Assembly (NCBI GenBank): GCA_049509455.1 | Contig: JBEKZX010000001.1 | Coordinates: 47,516 to 111,515, forward strand | Direction of reading: 5' to 3' | Origin: Conexivisphaerales archaeon | Lineage (GTDB): Archaea > Thermoproteota > Nitrososphaeria > Conexivisphaerales > DTJL01 | DNA length: 64,000 nt | Shown: in pieces, positions 35,869-43,498 of the stretch | Position numbering within the stretch: position 1 is the stretch's first letter | How the letters are laid out: every line of letters starts with the position of its first letter | Position numbers and translations under genes: made by a program | Notes under the pieces: generated by a model | Seen by the model: the letters and a program-made list of their open reading frames with translations, nothing else | What the model was told of the DNA's origin: nothing | The model's database searches: none

Positions 35869-37254
35869 TTGCCCGGCAGCATCTTCGTTAAGGAAGCCTG
35901 CGTGGCCACCTTCGACGGCAGGTTCCGCCTCTTGCAGCCCGCTTCCGTCTACGCGGAGGACGGGAGCTTCGTCAAGGTCGGCTCCCCCGAGGAAGTCAGG
36001 CCCGTGGCCGTGCATCCCGACATAACTATCGACGGGCGCAACAAGCTCGTCATGCCCGGCTTGGTCAACACTCACGTCCACTTAGCCCAGTCGCTGCTGA
36101 GGAGCTTGGTTCCTGACGACGTTACGCTCCTCGACTGGCTGACGCGCTGGGTTTGGCCTCTCCAAGGCAGCTTCAAGGCCGAGGACGGTCTCGTCAGCGC
36201 ACAGCTCACTCTGCTGGAGATGATCAAGGCGGGCACGACTGCCTTCGTTGCGACCTCGGTCAACGGAAGGTACGGGCCGGAGCGCATCGCCGAGGCCGTC
36301 CATGCCTCAGGAATCAGGGCGGCCCTCGGAAGGCAGGTCATGGACATGCCTGGCTATGCGTCCAGGAAGGACGCGGTCCCCGCCTCCCTCCAGGAGGACA
36401 AGGTGGCGTCACTCAAATCGTTCAGCGAACTCCATCGCCGGTGGCACGGGAGGGACGGAAGGATCTGGATTTGGCTCTCCCCGCGGACGCCCGGCGCCTG
36501 CAGTGACCAGCTCTTCGAGGAGATGGCCTCACTCCTGACGGAAAGCGACGCCGGGCTGACCATGCACCTGGCGGAAATCAAGGACGACGTGGGCTACTTC
36601 AGGAAGAAAGGGACGACCCCCGGCGCCTTCCTACGGAGGATGGGCCTCCTCAGGAGGAAGACGGTCTATGTGCACTGCGTCTGGCTCTCCGACGACGACA
36701 TCAGGGAGTTCGTCAAGGGAGGTTCTACCGTTTCTCACAACCCCTCCTCCAACATGAAGCTGGGCTCGGGGATCGCCCCCGTAGCCAAGATGCTAAGGGC
36801 AGGGCTCAACGTCGCTCTGGGCACCGACGGCGGCCCGAGCAACGACTCCTACGATCTGCTGAGGGAATGCAAGCTGGCCTCCCTCCTCCAGAAGGTTGCC
36901 CTCGGCGACCCGAGAGCTGTTGGCTACGCTGACGTCCTGAAGATGGCCGTCACGAACGGCTACAGGGCGTTGGGGCTTGAAGGCATCGCGGGCAGAATGG
37001 CGGCGGGGCAGAGGGCGGACTTCATAGTGGTGGACCTTGCTCAGCCCCACCTCACACCTGCGATCAACCCTCTGTCGAACTTGGTATATTCGGCCACGGG
37101 TCAGGACGTTTCCGACGTATTCGTGGACGGCAGGGCGCTAATGCTGGGAAGGAAGGTCACGGTGCTCGACGAAGCGAATGTGCTCAGAGAGGCGAAGAGA
37201 CGGGCGCCGATCTTGGCGGAGCGCGCCGGCCTCGGCAGGCGATCAAAGGCCTGA
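35869..37254 (+). CDS. amidohydrolase of the MtaD/DadD/SsnA nucleoside (MTA/SAH/5'-deoxyadenosine) deaminase type
   Basis: Metal site PGLVNTHVHLAQS, then HLAE, HCVW and the GTDG..SNDS motifs. The start is TTG. Confidence 0.8.
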   Translation: MPGSIFVKEACVATFDGRFRLLQPASVYAEDGSFVKVGSPEEVRPVAVHPDITIDGRNKLVMPGLVNTHVHLAQSLLRSLVPDDVTLLDWLTRWVWPLQGSFKAEDGLVSAQLTLLEMIKAGTTAFVATSVNGRYGPERIAEAVHASGIRAALGRQVMDMPGYASRKDAVPASLQEDKVASLKSFSELHRRWHGRDGRIWIWLSPRTPGACSDQLFEEMASLLTESDAGLTMHLAEIKDDVGYFRKKGTTPGAFLRRMGLLRRKTVYVHCVWLSDDDIREFVKGGSTVSHNPSSNMKLGSGIAPVAKMLRAGLNVALGTDGGPSNDSYDLLRECKLASLLQKVALGDPRAVGYADVLKMAVTNGYRALGLEGIAGRMAAGQRADFIVVDLAQPHLTPAINPLSNLVYSATGQDVSDVFVDGRALMLGRKVTVLDEANVLREAKRRAPILAERAGLGRRSKA

Positions 37255-38382
37255 CAAAGTCGGGTCCGCCGGCTTCATTAACTCTCGCAGAAGGACGGTG
37301 GCGTAGCACCCACTGTAAAGCCCGAACCTCAACTCAGCATAATCCTCCTTTCGGAAGCCTTTGAACCAGCCCACCATGGAGGCCGGCCGATATCCTCCCT
37401 CAACGCTGAGCTCCTGCATCTCTTTGATGTAGAAGTCCGTCGGAGTCAGCCCCTCCTCCTCCAGGACGTCTGCTAGGGCGACGGAATACGGGTCGTGTCT
37501 GTTCCTAAACGCGAACCCCGGCAGCTGTGCCAGCGGCACCGGGAGGAAGCCTTCAGTCGCGTCGGCGGGGTCCCTCACATACGCCTCCAGTACGACGGGT
37601 CTCTTCCTGTGCTTCAGGATGTACATCGCAGACTCCTCCGAAAGCGAGCCGTTCCTCTCCAGGACCTTGCTCAGCGCCCTGTTGAACAGGTAAGACTGGT
37701 AGGACTGCACGAGAAGGCGCCTAAGCCTCAAGGGGACCTTTCGCAACGCCACGACGGCGTCGGCCTCGGACAGCTCCTCCTCTAGCAGGATCCCCGCAGC
37801 CTCGGCGAACTTCCGCTTCACCATGGCATCTCCCACCTTCTGGTTGGGCTTGTCCCTCCCGAAGCGTTGCGAGCCGAAGAAGTTGGGGAGCTTCCCCTCG
37901 TCCAAGAGATGCCCAACCCTTTCCCCGTCCGCCTCTTTTCCACCGAACGAATGAATCCTGATTCTGAAGAAGTTGCCCAGCAGGTCCACCTTCTTCAACG
38001 GCCTCAGGGTCTCGGCCACCAGCGTGGCCCTGAAGGACGGCCCCGTCACATGCGCGGACGGGCTCTCTGCCATCTTCCTGCCCGAGACAAACTGATACGT
38101 CAGCGCCAGCTTATCCTTCAGGCCGAGCGAGTTCATGGCAATCCCGGTTGTCCACTGCAGTTTCTCGCGGGCCTCCATCGTCCCCGAGTTCCACTTGCAG
38201 AGGACATAGAGTGGGTATCCTCCCGATCCCAGCTTGGAGATGAGCTTCTTCGAATCGTCCATCAGGACCTCCGTCACCACGAAGTCGTCGGGGGCGGTCT
38301 TGGTCCTTCCGCTGGCGCCCTTTTCGGCGGTGGCGTACTGCTCAATGCCGATCTCCAGTTCCTCTTTGACGGTTGTCTTCAT
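37243..38382 (-). CDS. truD: tRNA pseudouridine synthase TruD/Pus7
   Basis: The TruD signature PNFFGSQRFG and the family's general architecture. The protein is 379 aa. Confidence 0.85.
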   Translation of the reverse strand: MKTTVKEELEIGIEQYATAEKGASGRTKTAPDDFVVTEVLMDDSKKLISKLGSGGYPLYVLCKWNSGTMEAREKLQWTTGIAMNSLGLKDKLALTYQFVSGRKMAESPSAHVTGPSFRATLVAETLRPLKKVDLLGNFFRIRIHSFGGKEADGERVGHLLDEGKLPNFFGSQRFGRDKPNQKVGDAMVKRKFAEAAGILLEEELSEADAVVALRKVPLRLRRLLVQSYQSYLFNRALSKVLERNGSLSEESAMYILKHRKRPVVLEAYVRDPADATEGFLPVPLAQLPGFAFRNRHDPYSVALADVLEEEGLTPTDFYIKEMQELSVEGGYRPASMVGWFKGFRKEDYAELRFGLYSGCYATVLLRELMKPADPTLSGL

Positions 38383-38398
38383 GAGCTATCGCGCTGGC

Positions 38399-38764
38399 CT
38401 ACAGAAGCTTGAGGTCTCCCGTGATGCGGTCGACGAGCTCGGAGGGGCCTGGGCCGATGCCTAGGCAGGTGACGGTGTCGGGCGCTATCTGAGTTAGGCC
38501 TCGGTCCACGATGAGGACGGTGGGCAGCCCCAGCTCCTCGGCCTTCCGCCGCAGGGAGTTCAGCTCAGATTCGCTTCTCGCCTTGACTACGATCTTGGCC
38601 TGGCCCTCAGCCCACCACCGCTTGAACCATTCAGGCTTCTTCCTTTCTGTGTCTCTCGATGCTGAAACGGCAGCGTGGGCCACTTGCGCCGCCAGCTTCC
38701 CCTTGCCCATGGAGATGTCCGTCCTGACGGCGACGACCAACTTATACTCGAATTCCCCCTCCAT
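38399..38764 (-). CDS. pth: peptidyl-tRNA hydrolase, archaeal type (Pth2)
   Basis: KLVVAVRTDISMGKGKLAAQVAHAAV is typical of Pth2. The protein is 121 aa. Confidence 0.9.
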   Translation of the reverse strand: MEGEFEYKLVVAVRTDISMGKGKLAAQVAHAAVSASRDTERKKPEWFKRWWAEGQAKIVVKARSESELNSLRRKAEELGLPTVLIVDRGLTQIAPDTVTCLGIGPGPSELVDRITGDLKLL

Positions 38765-38837
38765 GACCCCTCAGACAATGGGCCGTCCTCCTCTTGATTT
38801 AAAGTTGGGGTAGCTTCGTCGGGTCATCAGCCAGATG

Positions 38838-39869
38838 TCAGATGGACTTTTCGGTCTTCGCGATGGCTTCGATGATGGTCTTGTACAGCCCGGGGTTCGT
38901 CTCCGCAAGCCTCTCTAGCCTCGGAGGCTTGAGCCCGATCCTCTTCGCCCTGTTGATGTTGTACCTCACCAGTCTCTCGCCGTTGGTCTCGTGCCAGCCG
39001 CACTTCTGCATGTACTTCATTATGACCTCGAAGGCCTCCTCGTCGGTGACCTTCTTCACGTTGACCAGATAGGGCGGCAGTATGAGCCAGAGTATCCTGT
39101 GCCTGCCGTCCATGATGGGGCTCTCAAGGATCTTTTCGATGTACTTGTACTGACCCGAATCCTGGTAGGGCTTTGGCTTGGGGAGCCGGACCGAAATCCT
39201 GTCGACTATCTCCTGCATTGAAGGAGGGAGCCTGACCGGTTTGTCCATCCGCTTGAAACGCTGGAAGATGAAGACGGAGAACTGGTCCTGCACGATGTCG
39301 ACCAGCCTTTCCTCAGAGAGGTAGATGTAGCCTCGGCAGAGGATGTTGTTGACCAGAGCGAGCCGGGGGTTATCTAGGAGCTGCAGTCCCGCCATCACCT
39401 CCAAGTACTTCTCCGCGGGCACCCTCAGCTGAAGCCTCATCTTGGCATCCTCTGAGGCCCTCCAGGGGAGCTTCTCCACCGTCTCCATCTTCAGGTCGAA
39501 CAGCCCGTTCATGATGTTGCACATGGCACCCACCCTCTCCTCCCTGAACGCCTCCATGGATCTCATCCCCTCCGATCGAGAGAAGGCCCTCTCCAGGAAG
39601 GTGGAAGAGATGGCCTTGACCATAATCATTGCGACGATGAAACTGAATATCTCCACGAACCTGTCATCGTACCGGATCTTGCTGGTCTTCTTCTCGAGGG
39701 CCTCCAGAATCCTATCCTGGGCCCTGGAAAGGATGTCGTTCGCCCTGCTGTTGGTCTTAGGGTCGGAGATTTCGTCGATGGAGAAGCCCGAGTCCCTGAG
39801 GTATGTCTCGACGCCTGGAATGAACGGGTACCGGACGAACTCCGCCTCCCTAGAAACGGACGAACTCAT
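38838..39869 (-). CDS. priL: DNA primase large subunit PriL-like protein (no Fe-S cysteine set)
   Basis: N-terminal YPF motif. The C-terminal region DGRHRILWLILPPYLVNV.KVTDEEA...RYNINRA...PP resembles the PriL-CTD pattern (H.aRf.l..FL...G.s.eE...Y.i.h...PP.C), but only 3 scattered Cys are present. This is a memory-based match. Confidence 0.5.
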   Translation of the reverse strand: MSSSVSREAEFVRYPFIPGVETYLRDSGFSIDEISDPKTNSRANDILSRAQDRILEALEKKTSKIRYDDRFVEIFSFIVAMIMVKAISSTFLERAFSRSEGMRSMEAFREERVGAMCNIMNGLFDLKMETVEKLPWRASEDAKMRLQLRVPAEKYLEVMAGLQLLDNPRLALVNNILCRGYIYLSEERLVDIVQDQFSVFIFQRFKRMDKPVRLPPSMQEIVDRISVRLPKPKPYQDSGQYKYIEKILESPIMDGRHRILWLILPPYLVNVKKVTDEEAFEVIMKYMQKCGWHETNGERLVRYNINRAKRIGLKPPRLERLAETNPGLYKTIIEAIAKTEKSI

Positions 39870-39997
39870 CGGGCCACTCTAGCTTCCTCCTCCGTGCACG
39901 ATATAAGGTTTAGAAATCAGGGACTTGCTGACGAAGGCGCGCCACATTTCAAGACTAGGTTTATTTGAGGTGGCCGGTTGACATTGTCTGCGGGACA

Positions 39998-40990
39998 ATG
40001 TACGTCATCATCTCTCACCGCAAGGACCTGGACGGCCTGGCCTCGGCAGCCCTTTCGCTTCGTTACGTCGTCAAGCACAAGCGCTCTCCCTACACGATCT
40101 CCCTCAAGGACTACACCGACGAGGAGCTCGTGGTGGAGGAGAAGTTCTTGGACCTTCAGAACTGCAAATTCATCATCACGGACCTCTCAACCAACATCCC
40201 GCGCCTCGAGCTAATACTGGAGAAGTTCAGGACGTTGAAGTCTTGGAATAACGAGATTTGCTGGTTCGACCATCACCCGTCCACCGAGGTAATCAGGTCC
40301 TCTTTGGCGGCCGTCGTCGACTTCCTCGACCTACGCTCCAGCTCCACCGTCGCATCTGAGATTACATACCAGAACCTATTCGTCCGCAACGGACTCTACG
40401 ACTCCCACGCCCTCCTCCTCTCCAAGCTGGGCCGGGATTCGGACCTCCTGGAGCTGAAGTACGGGGTGACGTCGAAGCTCATGTCCATGATCGACTTCTC
40501 TAACTACTTGGACAGGGGCTCGATAATATCGCCAAGGCTCCTCGCCATCGTGCTCCAGCTCGCCTTCCCGCGCATCGAGGCCGACGAAGACGGGATAGTT
40601 GAACCCTACCAGAACGGTCTGATCGAGCAATACGAGACTCTGAAGACCAGAGAGAGGAAAAGGATCCTCGCCGACTCGGAGCTCTTCCAGGCGGGGAAGC
40701 ACACGGTGGTCCTTTTCAGTTTCCCCCAGCTCTTTTCCGGAACGCAGGCATCGATGATAGTCTTGGATCACTTCAAGGCCGACGTTTCCATAGGCATCAG
40801 TGACTCCGGCGAAGGGAGCGTCAGGAGGTCGGTGGAGGACATCAGCTGCAGGAGGATCGCGGAGCTCTTCGGGGGCGGAGGGCATGACTTCGCAGCCGGC
40901 TTCCCGACTGAGAAGGGAAATATGTCGGAGCCTGAGCTGGCCCAGTACAAGGAGAAGGTTAAGAAGGCCGTAATCAAGCTGCTCTCCTAG
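39998..40990 (+). CDS. DHH/DHHA1 family phosphoesterase (NrnA/RecJ-like)
   Basis: Carries the HRKDLDG (DxD) motif, the DHH motif FDHHPS and the DHHA1 motif GGGGHDFAAG. The ATG at 39998 is preferred over the ORF opening at 39965. Confidence 0.8.
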   Translation: MYVIISHRKDLDGLASAALSLRYVVKHKRSPYTISLKDYTDEELVVEEKFLDLQNCKFIITDLSTNIPRLELILEKFRTLKSWNNEICWFDHHPSTEVIRSSLAAVVDFLDLRSSSTVASEITYQNLFVRNGLYDSHALLLSKLGRDSDLLELKYGVTSKLMSMIDFSNYLDRGSIISPRLLAIVLQLAFPRIEADEDGIVEPYQNGLIEQYETLKTRERKRILADSELFQAGKHTVVLFSFPQLFSGTQASMIVLDHFKADVSIGISDSGEGSVRRSVEDISCRRIAELFGGGGHDFAAGFPTEKGNMSEPELAQYKEKVKKAVIKLLS

Positions 40991-41032
40991 AGGGGCTCCC
41001 CGTGGGGGAGTCCGTCGGTTTCGGGCGATACC

Positions 41033-42292
41033 ATGAGACAGCTTCGTTTCGTCGAGGTGCAGAGGGGGGAGCGTCGGAGGGAGGTGAAGTGTCCCGTCTG
41101 CCATGGCATGTCGTCGCTCTGTCGTGAGAATTACTGCCCCTACTTGGCGAAGCTCAAGGCCTTCCAGTCGGTCGCTCGCCTAGAGAGGATGGAGAGGGTC
41201 TTCGGCGCGTCGCCTCCCTCGGTCTTCGTCGGCGAATATGGATACCCGAAGGTGTTGGCCGGCCCCCTGGTGCCACCGCTTCCCCACGAGGATACTGCAC
41301 TCATGGACATGCCTGAGAGGTGGGTGGACAAGAGTTTCGAGGAGCTCCTGCGATACCGCCTGAGCCTAGTGAGGGGGAAGTACACCATGGAGGTGGGCGA
41401 AGCGGTGAACCCTTCGCGGATCCTCTCTGCAACCCAGGAGGTTATAATGGCCTCCAGGCCCACCGACGTGGAAGCCGTCCTAGGGAAGAGGCCCGTGTTG
41501 ACCGAGATCTTCAACTCCAGGAGTCCTCCCAATGGGCCCTCCGCACCGCTGATCAGCGTCAAGCTGGCGGAGAACCCCTCGGTCTCCGTTAGGGTTGAGA
41601 GGGTGGTGAGCGACGGCGACTTCAGGGCCGCCGAGGCGATACCCGAGCTCTTCTCCGGCGGCGTCAGGCAGAGCCAGATCACGAAGCTCCTCAGCATCGG
41701 CCTCCTCGGCGTCAAGAAGCGCAGGCGGCTGGTCCCCACCGAATGGAGCATCACAGCCGTCGACGATATTCTCGGAAAGGGGCTCATCGACAAGGTGATG
41801 GACTTCTCCGAAGTGGACGGCTTCACCTTCTTCAGCCACCAAGCGCTGGGGAACGCCGTTTGCGTTGTCTTCCTTCCCTCTCCCTGGATGTTCGAAGGGC
41901 TGGAGGGTTGGGTGACCTCCGACCCCCGGGTCTATTCGGACCACGAGCTCTCCTCCGGTCGGAAGACCTACCCCACCAACCTCGCCGGGGCCTATCACGC
42001 CGCGAGGCTTCCTGTCTTGGAGTACCTGGCGGGACTGAGGAGGCAGGCCGGGGCCCTCGTCTTCATGGAGGTCCATCCTGAATGGATCCCCCTCGGCGTC
42101 TGGCGCTTCCGCGAAATCGCCCGGAAGGCCTTGAGGCGGCCTCCCGTGGAGGCAGAAGACCTCAATCACGCTCTCCGGCTGGTCGCCGGAGAGCTCTCCA
42201 TCCCCATCGAGAAATGGGTCCGTGCTTCCAGGGTAATCCCGTACTTCCTCCATCAGACCAAGCTCGAGGATTTCTTCCGCTCGAAGGGTTGA
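41033..42292 (+). CDS. nreA: NreA-family DNA repair protein with C-terminal PIP box
   Basis: Cys-rich N-terminus (CPVCHG...C....CPY) and a size of about 420 aa, typical of archaeal Nre proteins. The C-terminal QTKLEDFF matches the PCNA-interaction consensus Qxx[LIM]xx[FY][FY]. Confidence 0.7.
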   Translation: MRQLRFVEVQRGERRREVKCPVCHGMSSLCRENYCPYLAKLKAFQSVARLERMERVFGASPPSVFVGEYGYPKVLAGPLVPPLPHEDTALMDMPERWVDKSFEELLRYRLSLVRGKYTMEVGEAVNPSRILSATQEVIMASRPTDVEAVLGKRPVLTEIFNSRSPPNGPSAPLISVKLAENPSVSVRVERVVSDGDFRAAEAIPELFSGGVRQSQITKLLSIGLLGVKKRRRLVPTEWSITAVDDILGKGLIDKVMDFSEVDGFTFFSHQALGNAVCVVFLPSPWMFEGLEGWVTSDPRVYSDHELSSGRKTYPTNLAGAYHAARLPVLEYLAGLRRQAGALVFMEVHPEWIPLGVWRFREIARKALRRPPVEAEDLNHALRLVAGELSIPIEKWVRASRVIPYFLHQTKLEDFFRSKG

Positions 42293-42646
42293 AAGGCTCA
42301 TCTCGAGACGGGAGCCATATCCTGAGCGGTGAACATCCTGGGAATCCGCGGAAACCATCGTGCGGAGGCGCTCGACTCGCGCCTTCGGAATCAAGCCAAT
42401 GAAGATGGGAGGCTTGTTGGCCTCTATGAGATGACCATCTCCGCGCCCTCCAAAGGAAACCTTCCCCAGTGCCTGGATGAACAGCCGGCTGATCAGCCTT
42501 CTTGTTCGTCGCCTGCCGTCCAACGCCCCAAGGTTCCTTGCGGTCGTCTCGACAGCCTTGCTGGCCTCCTCCCTCTTCGGCAGGTACCCTTCGTGGACCA
42601 CGTTCCATCTCATTGAGGACAGCTTCCTAAGCCCACCCACGTTCAC
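42293..42646 (-). CDS. possible RNase P protein component Pop5/Rnp2-like coding region, 3' end undefined (no in-frame stop)
   Basis: From GTG 42646 it reads MNVGGLRKLSSMRWNVVHEG...AVETTARNLGALDG...GLIPKARVERLRTMV...RLEMSLSTLRAEE. By eye this follows the Pop5 pattern (LR.K.RY..F; ...L.G..G; GiiRc....v.e.r.al; SGTi.). The frame stays open to 41480 through the antisense of nreA. Confidence 0.3.
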
Positions 42647-42744
42647 TCCGGCGGCGTCACGATAGGCGCTCCTCCGCCTCCCTCAGGAAAGGGTCCTTGG
42701 GAGGCCAGAAGCTGGGGGCAGATGTTCGCATTTCCTGGGGGAGA

Positions 42745-43260
42745 TTAACGGAATCTCGTCTTCAGCGCGAGTGTAAGAGGTATCCCCAGCCCCACGCAAG
42801 CCACCAGCTCCCCGGCGAGGACCGATGCGAAGGAGACGACGGGGTCGGTAGAGTAGACCCACCCCAGGAGCACCACCCCTATGAGGAAAGCCACGATTAC
42901 GCTGGCTTGAAGGGCTGCCACCACGAGCGATCCCAGAGACTGGTTTCTGCCTAACCAGTAGGCGAGCGAGCCCACCACGGCGTTGGCGATCGTCCCGATG
43001 AGTAGGTCGGGGAAGCCGTAGGGCGATATGAGGTTGGATATCATGACTCCCAGAGTCACGCCCAACACCCCCGCCACGCCCACCCTCCTGTTCCAGGGTA
43101 TAGGCAGGAGCGCGTCGGTAATCCTCAACTGCAGGGGTCCAAAAGCGATGGAGGCGATGGCATACGTCCCTATTCCATACACGGCCGCAATGAGGGCAGT
43201 CTGGGCTAGCAGCTCAGAGCGAGGCTTGCGACGCCCTGCCATTACATTCTTAGTGTCCAC
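42745..43260 (-). CDS. queT: QueT-family transporter (queuosine/archaeosine-precursor ECF S-component-like)
   Basis: A 171-aa protein with 5-6 TM helices. LIAAVYGIGTY...FGPLQLRITDALLPI...NLISPYG..DLLIGTIAN resembles the QueT family pattern. Confidence 0.6.
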   Translation of the reverse strand: MDTKNVMAGRRKPRSELLAQTALIAAVYGIGTYAIASIAFGPLQLRITDALLPIPWNRRVGVAGVLGVTLGVMISNLISPYGFPDLLIGTIANAVVGSLAYWLGRNQSLGSLVVAALQASVIVAFLIGVVLLGWVYSTDPVVSFASVLAGELVACVGLGIPLTLALKTRFR

Positions 43261-43498
43261 ACTCTATTCCTCCCAACCGGGGTTTCTTGAGCGGAACGGT
43301 GGGAGGCCCCACCACCCGCCAGAGCCGGTCATCCTCCGCCCATTATATTAAACTTGACTTACTCCGACCGTCGGCCCGCCTCCGAGTCGAGAAAACCTCT
43401 GCAAACCTGGAGCTCCGCGAGTTTTCACGAGTGATTAATCAAATGTTTTAAAAACACATAACTCCACATCCTCTCCGTAAAAGGAGTCCTGCGTCTCA

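Noticed and set aside
41480-42292. The remaining 270 codons of the 388-aa minus-strand ORF, beyond the Pop5-like part.
   Set aside because: This part is exactly codon-aligned antisense to nreA, which rarely uses TTA/CTA/TCA. Its openness is therefore explained without invoking a gene.
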